Assembly: GCA_049970055.1 (NCBI GenBank)
Contig: JBMFNR010000002.1
Location: 276,406-340,405 of the forward strand
Direction of reading: 5' to 3'
DNA length: 64,000 nucleotides
From: Fervidobacterium sp.
Lineage (GTDB): Bacteria; Thermotogota; Thermotogae; Thermotogales; Fervidobacteriaceae
Shown here: positions 31,184 to 40,094 of the stretch, piece after piece
How the letters are laid out: the number at the start of each line of letters is the position of its first letter
Position numbering within the stretch: position 1 is the first letter of the stretch
Position numbers and translations under genes: made by a program
Notes under the pieces: generated by a model
What the model saw: the letters and a program-made list of their open reading frames with translations, nothing else
The model's database searches: none
Told to the model about the DNA's origin: nothing

Positions 31184-31957
31184 TTAATTCACCGGCACAA
31201 TTTCGAAAGGTGCCCTCAGCATGATTGTTGGTTGACCATTATCATTCCACAGCTCCCCATAGAATCTGACGGTTTTATCTTTCAGGTTAAAAAGGTTATA
31301 GTTTTTAAATAAATAATTGTACTCTTCATCACGTATTTTAACCTTTGCAAAGTTCGAATTAATCTCCCAGATGCCTGGAGATTTTTTAACTTCCTTTACG
31401 AACATCTCAAGCCATACGATTTTCCCAACATAATTTGTCCAATTTGAAGTCAAGGAGTTGATAGTTGGCGCACTGTTCCATTTGGAGAATATTCCCTGCC
31501 GTTTCTCATATGCTCTCACGTAGGCGTTTATAATCTGGTCTGAATATGCTTTGACGTATACATCTGTGTAAATCAGTGGTCTTGCATATCCAAGCTCGGT
31601 GACGGATGCTTCATATAGGTACTTGTGCCCTGCAGAATCGTTACCAAAGACGTACGCAAGTTTTCTGCCGTAGTTATCTTGCCCTTTAACTTCGTAAGAT
31701 ATTGTAAGGTTTTCTACAAACCATTTTAGAAAGCCTTTTGCCTCTTGCCCATATTCACCGACAGGTTTCGATGAACCTGCGTATGTTTCGGGTGTGTCTA
31801 TGCCTATGATTCTTACATGGATCCCATTAATTTTTAGAGTATCGCCATCAGTTACTTCGATGTAGCCGGCTATTTGTTGTACGCTTTGGCAAGAATATAG
31901 TATAATAAATAATACCATTAAGAGAATTAGAAGTCGTAGATATGGACTTTTTTTCAT
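31184..31957 (-). CDS. Thermonuclease (SNase) lipoprotein with a C-terminal OB-like domain
   Basis: Lipobox LYSC; DGDT, RIIGIDTPE, DNYGRKLAYV and A...RQGI motifs; start after GGAGG. Confidence 0.9.
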   Translation of the reverse strand: MKKSPYLRLLILLMVLFIILYSCQSVQQIAGYIEVTDGDTLKINGIHVRIIGIDTPETYAGSSKPVGEYGQEAKGFLKWFVENLTISYEVKGQDNYGRKLAYVFGNDSAGHKYLYEASVTELGYARPLIYTDVYVKAYSDQIINAYVRAYEKRQGIFSKWNSAPTINSLTSNWTNYVGKIVWLEMFVKEVKKSPGIWEINSNFAKVKIRDEEYNYLFKNYNLFNLKDKTVRFYGELWNDNGQPTIMLRAPFEIVPVN

Positions 31958-32035
31958 CGCTTTTGATACCTCCAATATGTTCAACGTGAGTTAATGTGCT
32001 GGATAGTTGTAGATGCCGTGATTAATAATGGCTAA

Positions 32036-33715
32036 TCAGTTTCCCATGCGTATATCCTCTTGACTTCTTGGTAATAATTCTAATTCATTTTTAAATAAGC
32101 TTACAATTCCTACGATCGATACTGTATCTCCCTGGCTTATGTTTGATAAATTAATACCCGTTGCACTTTTAACGTATACTTTCACGTCAGATTCGCCAGT
32201 ATCAAGTATTATCGTATCTTTAGAAATTGATTTAACTACACCCTGCACGGACACAAGGTTTGAGAGGTGGCTTGTCTCAAGTTTTTTAACTTCGACGGGT
32301 TTTGGTTGTTTGGAACCTACTTTTGATATGTTATCAACAAGAATTTCAAGTACTCCGTTGTACATTTTTGTTGTACCTGAGACACTTACTAGGTCACCGA
32401 CTTGTAATGTTGTTGGGATAGATTTTCCATAGAGCATGATCGCACCACTTTCATCTTGTATGTAGGTGGTTGCACTACTTAACAATCCAACAGGGGATAA
32501 GATAACGCCTGTAACTGTAACTTTGCTTCCTTCAGGCATGGTGTAGAGTTCGGAAATTCTAGTTGTTTTTGTTGACTGAGGCGTTGTAATTAGCTGCGTT
32601 TGACTTTGAATTGGTTGGATCATCTGAAGAGTTGAGTTGGCAATTTGTACTAAATCAATTGATGCTTTGTAATTGTATGTTAATTGAAGAAGAACATTTT
32701 GGGTACCTAAGAGGGAAGAAGACAGATCGCCATTGGCAAAAGATATTGTGAGATCGGCAATTTTGAATTTAAAACCGTACAGTGGAAGCCAACCACTTTC
32801 CAACCATTTGCTGTTGTATTTCACAAAAACTGCGTTGTATATTCCCGAATTCTCGCACCCAGCTTCAAACATGAAGTTCCATGAGTATGGCATGTTTGGG
32901 TTTGATGGTTCGCCCGTTGCAAACTCCACGTCGTATTTATTCGCACCAATGTACACAAATTGAGAAGAAATAGTGAACGGATTTTGTTTCCAAGTAGTAC
33001 CTAAGATAAAGCTAGGCTCAAGTAAATTACTTTGGGCAGCGGCAAAGCCCGTCCAAATGTCGAATTGTCCAAAATCCGTTTTAATTTGGTGAGAATAATT
33101 TATAGAAGCATTTTCGTACTTGCTTTCATAGTAAATTCCCAATCTTCCGTTTCCAAATTGTCCAAAGTTCGAACTTACTGTTCCGTATACTGCATATTTT
33201 TGTAAATCTAAACTGTACGAACCTCCAATTTCGTACGTCTGCAAGCCTATTTTTCCCGACCAATAACCGGTTATTCCACCTATCGTTGGGGGGGCTTGAA
33301 CAGATGTATTATACGTATCGAATTTGAATCCTCCTAGCCTTACACTCTCGAATTTGCTCGTTAAATTTCTTGAAAGTCTTTGGCGACCAATCGAGAGATA
33401 TAAGCTACCATCGCCAAAATTGAAAGTGGAATCAAGAAAGTAATATCTTGGTAGAGGAAAGATAAATCCGTTGAAGTCCGCGTTGCCATGTGTGTATGTA
33501 AGGTAATCAGTTAATTTGATTGAAACCATGTCTAACAGCTGTGGAGGTGTTATCGTCCAGTAAGCGATCGGGAAGTTATCGTAAGAGCTATCGTTTAATC
33601 CGTAAGTTAAGTAACCTGTAAGGCTGAAATCTAATTTAAACGCATGCAAAGGAGAGATAAACAGGAGCAATATTACTAAAGTGAGTATTTTTTCCATTTT
33701 TTCCATCATCGTCAC
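32036..33715 (-). CDS. Exported protein: putative outer-membrane beta-barrel fused through a Q/T-rich linker to two OB folds
   Basis: Signal peptide; aromatic-rich amphipathic strands over ~330 aa; the C-terminal ~175 aa are paralogous to 30498-31145. Confidence 0.6.
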   Translation of the reverse strand: MTMMEKMEKILTLVILLLFISPLHAFKLDFSLTGYLTYGLNDSSYDNFPIAYWTITPPQLLDMVSIKLTDYLTYTHGNADFNGFIFPLPRYYFLDSTFNFGDGSLYLSIGRQRLSRNLTSKFESVRLGGFKFDTYNTSVQAPPTIGGITGYWSGKIGLQTYEIGGSYSLDLQKYAVYGTVSSNFGQFGNGRLGIYYESKYENASINYSHQIKTDFGQFDIWTGFAAAQSNLLEPSFILGTTWKQNPFTISSQFVYIGANKYDVEFATGEPSNPNMPYSWNFMFEAGCENSGIYNAVFVKYNSKWLESGWLPLYGFKFKIADLTISFANGDLSSSLLGTQNVLLQLTYNYKASIDLVQIANSTLQMIQPIQSQTQLITTPQSTKTTRISELYTMPEGSKVTVTGVILSPVGLLSSATTYIQDESGAIMLYGKSIPTTLQVGDLVSVSGTTKMYNGVLEILVDNISKVGSKQPKPVEVKKLETSHLSNLVSVQGVVKSISKDTIILDTGESDVKVYVKSATGINLSNISQGDTVSIVGIVSLFKNELELLPRSQEDIRMGN

Positions 33716-33733
33716 CCCCAGTTGATTCTTTGG

Positions 33734-36028
33734 CTAGTTTTGTTCCCATCTTAATCTTGGGTAATCGTTGCCTTCGTCTATTGTCCAAGTGTTTGTAAAG
33801 TCCCAACTTGTGAATGTTGATTGGATCTTCATTTCTTGTGTTGATTTTGCTGGCGTTCCTACTTTATCACTTGATGTGGTTGCAACATCTTTATCGAAGT
33901 AGTTATTTGTTGCTCCTTTATCGTACCCACTTGTGACAATGTAACCAACAAAGCCTTGGCCGTTTGTTACTTTAATTGCCGCGTAATTGTACCTGACAAA
34001 ACCTGCTCCGTCCGAGACTTTGTAATTACATATGAACCCTGCTGAAGATGTTGTAGAAGTGTAATTGCTGCGCACTTCTCCACCTTCGACATAGTTGTTT
34101 TCTATTATGACTGGAGCAGATGAGCTTGTTGAAATAAGTTGCCCCAGCAATCCACCTACCGCATATTTTTCTCCTATTATTGTTGAATTTCTAACCACAC
34201 ACGCTTTAATTACACTACCTTCTGATACATCACCGATTAAACCTCCCGCGTACCCAGAACCACTGTAAGATACGTAAACGTTTGAATTGATAACTTTAAC
34301 TTTGTTGATGAATACATTTTTTGCAGCACCTGAAAGCACGCCGGCTCTCTGTTTGGCACTGATATTTGCGTTCTCTAAGATAAGATTGGTCACTGTTGCA
34401 TTGTACAGATAGCCAAATAAACCTACGTTAGTACCGTTAGTATCATTGTAAGTGAGGTTAGAGATTTTGTGACCGTTACCATCAAATACACCTTGGAATG
34501 CAGACTTTGAAAGGTCAGTGGAGTAAGTACCAATGGGGATCCAATTTTGATCCGAGAGATCGATGTCTGCGTTTAGTTTGAAGTGTTTATTTTGCGTTGC
34601 CAAAGCTCTAACACTGATCAAATGCAGTGGTGATTCGATTAAGAACGGATCTTCGTTTGTACCTGTACCTCCGGCAAAAGAGAAGTATTCCCATTCCGCT
34701 CTTAAGTTGATGATATACGTGTCACTTCCCGTAGGTTTTTCCAGATATCCAAAGAACGTAACTATTTTGTTTTTTAGGAAGGAGAAATCCTTCGTATCGA
34801 AGATGTAATTCAAATTTCCTGCGGAAATTTTAACCTTTAACCAATCTCCAACGAAAATTTCAACGCTTCCGTCAGGTACGTTAGTTACATCGGATACTGT
34901 ACCCACCGCAAACACGTATTTGCCAACGCTTGATTGAGCTGTGTCTGAGGATTCAACAGTTTCAGTTGTACTGAACGTTGAGTAGATTCCCGTTTTCTTA
35001 TTAAATGCACTTCTATAAGCTTCTTTTATCTTGTTGTATAAGGTAACAGGCTCGCTAATTGCATGATCAATCTCTGGAACAGCTTTTCCATCTTTCAATA
35101 ACTCTTCCTGGTAGAATTTGTACCCATCGGCACTAAATAAAAATACATGTACCACACCATTTTCATCAGTCTTTCCAAGAATTACTTGAACAAGATTGCC
35201 ATTTTCACTAATAAAAGACTGTAAGTCTGTTTTTGATGATTCATTTAATTCTACATTTATTCCGGTTAGTTTATAAGTTTTATCAAGTGCTCTGAAGGTT
35301 AGTCCGTCTATAACTTCGTCAACAAGTAAACCTTCTCCGACAATCTGTTTGCCCAACTCAATTTGTGTTACATTTAACTTCCACTGTCCGTTTGTGAATT
35401 GTACAAATCCCGTCACTGTGGCTTCCGTTGTATAACTCAGAGGAACTGTAAGTGATGAGGTTAAGCTTGATATATTAATCGATGCCTTTTCGTTGTTACT
35501 TTTCACATACGAGAAAACATAATTACCATCACTTGTTGTTCCACCTAAAATGTATCCGTATGCGGTGACGTATTTGTTATCCCAAAGTGATCTAGTTTTC
35601 AGAGATTTGTCTAAAGTAACATTGAGTAAGGTTGGTGAAATAGTTGTAGCACTTGTTGATAGAGATTTGCTTCCACCTTTCGAGAAGTCTATTTGGGTAG
35701 TGTCTTTGTAAGTTGTGCCTACTGAGTTCGATATAACAACTTTTTTACCTAAGTCCGAATTGTAGAATCCGCCTTTGTACACATAAATACCCGTTTTGTC
35801 ATCGTGTATGATACCATTTCCACTGCTATCAACGTAAATCAGTGTACCTTCAATTGACTTAATTAAAACATTTCCAGCGGAGTTTAAAATCTCCATCTTC
35901 CAAGAATAAATGTCGTTGCTTGATGGCTCTGGCCTTTGAGGTACACATGAAAAAATCGTCAAAAGCAAAATCATAGCAAAAGTTAAAAACATTCCACGTT
36001 TTATGTTAATCCTATTAACCCAACGCAT
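33734..36028 (-). CDS. Lipoprotein: OB folds + degenerate thermonuclease module + GLUG-repeat domain
   Basis: Lipobox IFSC; DGLT/KLTGINVE degenerate SNase; GGTGT.EDPFLI, W.PIG, FDGNGH.I.NL and GLFG motifs of GLUG-type beta-helix proteins. Confidence 0.75.
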   Translation of the reverse strand: MRWVNRINIKRGMFLTFAMILLLTIFSCVPQRPEPSSNDIYSWKMEILNSAGNVLIKSIEGTLIYVDSSGNGIIHDDKTGIYVYKGGFYNSDLGKKVVISNSVGTTYKDTTQIDFSKGGSKSLSTSATTISPTLLNVTLDKSLKTRSLWDNKYVTAYGYILGGTTSDGNYVFSYVKSNNEKASINISSLTSSLTVPLSYTTEATVTGFVQFTNGQWKLNVTQIELGKQIVGEGLLVDEVIDGLTFRALDKTYKLTGINVELNESSKTDLQSFISENGNLVQVILGKTDENGVVHVFLFSADGYKFYQEELLKDGKAVPEIDHAISEPVTLYNKIKEAYRSAFNKKTGIYSTFSTTETVESSDTAQSSVGKYVFAVGTVSDVTNVPDGSVEIFVGDWLKVKISAGNLNYIFDTKDFSFLKNKIVTFFGYLEKPTGSDTYIINLRAEWEYFSFAGGTGTNEDPFLIESPLHLISVRALATQNKHFKLNADIDLSDQNWIPIGTYSTDLSKSAFQGVFDGNGHKISNLTYNDTNGTNVGLFGYLYNATVTNLILENANISAKQRAGVLSGAAKNVFINKVKVINSNVYVSYSGSGYAGGLIGDVSEGSVIKACVVRNSTIIGEKYAVGGLLGQLISTSSSAPVIIENNYVEGGEVRSNYTSTTSSAGFICNYKVSDGAGFVRYNYAAIKVTNGQGFVGYIVTSGYDKGATNNYFDKDVATTSSDKVGTPAKSTQEMKIQSTFTSWDFTNTWTIDEGNDYPRLRWEQN

Positions 36029-36071
36029 CTTAATACCCTCCTTGCCGCGCGAAGATTTTTTAAAACCTTAT

Positions 36072-36203
36072 ACATCTATTCGGTGCAATGGTATCTATAG
36101 AAAGCATTTGATAGGCTTTTCACCTATCAAATGCGAATAGATGTGAATGGGCGTATTTTTTACACTAATAACAAGTGTTAATACGCGTTAATACACCTTC
36201 ACA
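36072..36203 (-). other. Structured intercistronic element with nested hairpins
   Basis: ACATCTATTC (36072-81) pairs with GAATAGATGT (36135-44) and encloses a 12-bp stem GCATTTGATAGG/CCTATCAAATGC; a second hairpin lies at 36151-36186. Confidence 0.6.
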
Positions 36204-36225
36204 GCCCTTTTAAACTATTTATTTT

Positions 36226-38589
36226 TTATTGATTTTCCCATTTTAATCTTGGATAATCGTTGCCCTCGTTTATCATCCAAGTATTTGTAAAGTCCCAACC
36301 TGTGAAGCTTGAACTTGACTTCATCTGTGAAGTTGTTAACGCCGTTTGCATACCAGCACTTGAAGAGCCTGAAGTAGTTTGTGCAACATCGCTATCAAAG
36401 TAGTTCATAACTGATGGGCTTTCCGCTACGACAGTGCCACCACCTACAAATCCTTTCCAGTTAGCATTTGTACCACCTGCTAAATTAACTGGTTGAACGG
36501 CCGCATAGCATTGACTGATATATGTTTTTGTTGTCGCACCGGAGCTTGATGACGTTAATCCAATAAAACCACCTATATTGCTCGATGAGCTTGATTTAAA
36601 CTTAACGATCCCTATTGCATACGATTTCTCGATCGTGTTATTATTCGCGTCAGTTGTAAGTGTAACTCTTCCAACAAACGCACCGATACGTGCGTTATCG
36701 TAATTTGGTGCGGATACGGTTACACTCGCCGCAAAGGATTCAACTATGGTCACTCCACCATTGGCATCTCCAATTAATCCACCCCCATACACAAAGTTTG
36801 AGTTAACCCCCTGGATCGTTGCTTCTTTTACGCCAACTCTTGTTATAACTGAATTCTTAGCGGAACCTGATAGTGCACCTATGTATTGTTTAGCTGTTAT
36901 GTTTACGTTTTCGATGGTCAAATTTGTTACCGTTGCGTTGTACAGATATCCAAATAGACCAACATTTGAAGCGTTGGAATCATTAAAGCTTAGATTTCTT
37001 ATCTTGTGATAGTTACCATCAAGTGCTCCAACGAACGCGCTTGTCGAAAGAGTAGCGCTGTAAGTTCCGATCGGTGTCCAATTGACTCCATTTAAGTTAA
37101 TGTCCGCAATCAGTTTGAAATACTTACCGGTTGTTTTGTATGCACTATCATTTAGCCTTTGCAATTGCCAAGCTGTTCTGATAAGGTATGGATCATCTAT
37201 GGTACCACTTCCACCATCAAATGGGAGAATATTGCTTTTTCCAATTTCTGTTTTTTGACCTTCCGTACCTTGATAATATCCACTTACTGCGATTTTATCG
37301 AGGTTGTCGTAATCGCTTTGCGTTAACTCGATGGTTGCTGTTTTCGTTGTAACCTCGGCAACTTTTGTGTAGTCATTGTCACTTGTAAGTTTCTTGTAGA
37401 TATAGTACTTTTCCGCTTCCACTGTACAATCCCATGACAATTTTAGATTTACACCATCGTAATTTGCTTTAAGGTTTGTTACACTTGCACTGACGGTGAT
37501 GAATTCCTGAATGTTCGCTTTACCAAGAACGACGAGACCACTTTCTTTGTTATCCACAACTGCATTGACGGCGATACCGTTGATTCTGTCGTATTCCGTT
37601 TGGTCAAAATTTCCAATTGTGTATGTTTTGTCTTGAGTAGACCCAACAAAATCGTAATATTTATCTCCATCTTGGGTTAATATTTCTTTGTAAATGTAAA
37701 ACGTGGCGTTTGAGGATGTGTGATCCCAACTCAAAACCAATTCATTTTGTTGCTTTTTCCAAGTACCACTTAAATTCGTAACAGGATCTGCGTATGGTAG
37801 TGAAACTTGAGTTGTAACAACTGCAATCTCAGGTTCGTTTGTTGTTGAGTCAAAGTACACTCTGAACTTTACTTCTCTAACTTTTGCTGGTGGCACTTCT
37901 ATTACCACTTGCTTTTCTAAATCTTTGCTTGCAGGTGTTGTATACTGACTTTTTGCGGAGAGTGAAATGTTGAACTTGACATTCCACATACCTGGGTAGA
38001 CTGCTTTTTCATCGGTAATTGAAGAGGCAGAGAAGTTTATATCCTTTGCTTGGTCAATATCACTTGATGTTTCTTTTTTGAAAGTCAGTCTGGCAAACGA
38101 TATGTTGTACTTATCCCAGATCACAGAATCGATTTCCATAATTGTTCTAATTGTTCCATTCACAAAGGCTGTGTCGATTGTAAAATTGTTATTTGAGCCT
38201 TGGGCGATTGTCTGGTTTTCCTTCGTTCCTGAGAATATGACAGTGTCATTTTCGTAACCTTTTACTTCAAATGTGTATGTTCCAGGTGTCAGTTGAAGTT
38301 GGAATGTGATGTTTGTTTTGTCGGTTACTTCTTTTGTCTCTACTACATTGTTGCTTGAATCTTTAACGGTAAGAACTACTTTCGTTAGGTTGTCGATAAA
38401 TGCGGTAGGTTTAAGTGACAATTTGCTTTCCAATGTGCTTTGTGATGGAATCTTTACACTGACTGTGACTGGAATTTTTGATGAATCCCTTGGCTCAAAA
38501 CCTTGCGTACAGCTTGTAAGAGTAAATAAAAATGCAACCAACACAGTTAAAAGAAAACCGTACACCTTAAAGTTTGCCCCTTTAAACAT
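36226..38589 (-). CDS. Lipoprotein: beta-sandwich domains + two FN3-like repeats + GLUG-repeat domain
   Basis: Lipobox LTSC; two VTNL...LSWD...YIYK repeats; GGSGT.DDPYLI...EGNDYPRLKWE; start after GGAGG. Confidence 0.75.
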   Translation of the reverse strand: MFKGANFKVYGFLLTVLVAFLFTLTSCTQGFEPRDSSKIPVTVSVKIPSQSTLESKLSLKPTAFIDNLTKVVLTVKDSSNNVVETKEVTDKTNITFQLQLTPGTYTFEVKGYENDTVIFSGTKENQTIAQGSNNNFTIDTAFVNGTIRTIMEIDSVIWDKYNISFARLTFKKETSSDIDQAKDINFSASSITDEKAVYPGMWNVKFNISLSAKSQYTTPASKDLEKQVVIEVPPAKVREVKFRVYFDSTTNEPEIAVVTTQVSLPYADPVTNLSGTWKKQQNELVLSWDHTSSNATFYIYKEILTQDGDKYYDFVGSTQDKTYTIGNFDQTEYDRINGIAVNAVVDNKESGLVVLGKANIQEFITVSASVTNLKANYDGVNLKLSWDCTVEAEKYYIYKKLTSDNDYTKVAEVTTKTATIELTQSDYDNLDKIAVSGYYQGTEGQKTEIGKSNILPFDGGSGTIDDPYLIRTAWQLQRLNDSAYKTTGKYFKLIADINLNGVNWTPIGTYSATLSTSAFVGALDGNYHKIRNLSFNDSNASNVGLFGYLYNATVTNLTIENVNITAKQYIGALSGSAKNSVITRVGVKEATIQGVNSNFVYGGGLIGDANGGVTIVESFAASVTVSAPNYDNARIGAFVGRVTLTTDANNNTIEKSYAIGIVKFKSSSSSNIGGFIGLTSSSSGATTKTYISQCYAAVQPVNLAGGTNANWKGFVGGGTVVAESPSVMNYFDSDVAQTTSGSSSAGMQTALTTSQMKSSSSFTGWDFTNTWMINEGNDYPRLKWENQ

Positions 38590-38624
38590 GGTGTTCAACC
38601 TCCCCTCGAAAGTGTCGTAATTTC

Positions 38625-40064
38625 TCAATTTAAGATTATATATTCCCATTCAGCTCGTAGTAAAATCTTGTAAATTCCAGATTCTTTCCAGAGCTCTCCG
38701 TAGAATTTTACAGTTTTATTATTAAGATTTGATAAGCTACTTTTTATTAATCTTTGATATTCTTCTCTTCTAATTTCTATCTTGCCCCATCCGTCGTCCA
38801 ATATCAATATCCATTTATCCGCACTTGAGTCAAATGATACGTTTGTAACTGTTCCTTTGAGCCACACTATTTTGCCAATATAGTTATCTTTGCCAGAAGT
38901 TGAAATCTCGATTACCGGTGCAGTATCCCATTTTGAATATATTCCATTTCTATGCTCATAAGCGTAGCTATACGCGTTGATAAGTCTTGGTGTCAGAATT
39001 GGATCGTCACTTTCATCGTAAAAAAGCGGCCGTGCGTAGCCATTTCTGAGGATTTCCTCTTCAAAAAATCTTTTCGCTGTTTGGCTAAATACGTAAGCCA
39101 ATTTTCTCCCGTACGCGTCCGTACCCCTAACGCTAACTCTTACATAACCGTTCGATGAATTAACGAAATTTACTAAAGTGTAGAGAGCTTCCTGATTGAA
39201 CTCGCCAATTGGCTTTGTTCCAGCTGATACCTCAGGTGCGTCGATACCTATTATTCTGTAGGTATTCCCGCTAGTGTCTTTAAATGTATCGCCGTCATGT
39301 ATATCAGATGTCTGGACTTGAACGATTGTTCCTATTTCATTTTCAGATGGGACTGATAGTTTTTCCGTGTAATTTGTAAGTTTGGAAGGCTCCACGTATA
39401 TGTACTTTTTATTGGCTGACTTTGAATATCTTACATCCGTTTGATTGTTTACTCTCCTTACGTATACTTCACTTTCTACTTCCCACACACCGGGGTATAT
39501 TTCAAACGAGGCAACCGCTTGCGAGTTCTGGTAGGATATCTTCGGGTTACATATAAGAAGTGTTTTGCTTGGATAGGCTTTGTTAATAAACGTTACAGTG
39601 GCTTGTGAAATTTCAAAAGACGAATCATTTGAAGATAACGATAAACTAACCGTTCCTGATGCAAGTTTTGTGTCTATAGCAATGGTAGTATTTGAGTTTA
39701 TATCCACGGTCTTTGAGCCGTAGAAAAACAGTTTTTCTTGGTTTTGTTGGTTAAAATATGAGTTAACTATAAACTGGTAAATTCCCGGTGCAAGTCTTAT
39801 GTCATTAAACAATAATTGATTCGATTCGTAGCTTGCTATTTTTGTACCATTTTTGAATATTTCAAGAACAGCTTTCGATATTGGATAATCCGAAAAGCTG
39901 TTTTTTTGAACTATTTGATTTGCTTCAACTGGCGAGTGAATGTTAACCGAGATGGAATACTCTGGTTCAACGGCTTTTTCACAAGATGTTAAAAAGATAA
40001 GTGATATGATGAAAAGAACAAGTAAAGTTTTTAGTTTATTTTTCCTCAAGATATTTCGATTCAT
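38625..40064 (-). CDS. Lipoprotein with N-terminal beta-sandwich domains and a thermonuclease + OB module
   Basis: Lipobox LTSC; HDGDT, RIIGIDAPE and DAYGRKLAYV motifs. Confidence 0.85.
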   Translation of the reverse strand: MNRNILRKNKLKTLLVLFIISLIFLTSCEKAVEPEYSISVNIHSPVEANQIVQKNSFSDYPISKAVLEIFKNGTKIASYESNQLLFNDIRLAPGIYQFIVNSYFNQQNQEKLFFYGSKTVDINSNTTIAIDTKLASGTVSLSLSSNDSSFEISQATVTFINKAYPSKTLLICNPKISYQNSQAVASFEIYPGVWEVESEVYVRRVNNQTDVRYSKSANKKYIYVEPSKLTNYTEKLSVPSENEIGTIVQVQTSDIHDGDTFKDTSGNTYRIIGIDAPEVSAGTKPIGEFNQEALYTLVNFVNSSNGYVRVSVRGTDAYGRKLAYVFSQTAKRFFEEEILRNGYARPLFYDESDDPILTPRLINAYSYAYEHRNGIYSKWDTAPVIEISTSGKDNYIGKIVWLKGTVTNVSFDSSADKWILILDDGWGKIEIRREEYQRLIKSSLSNLNNKTVKFYGELWKESGIYKILLRAEWEYIILN

Positions 40065-40094
40065 TTTTTAAATCCTTTCTTTTTTTGTTTTTTA

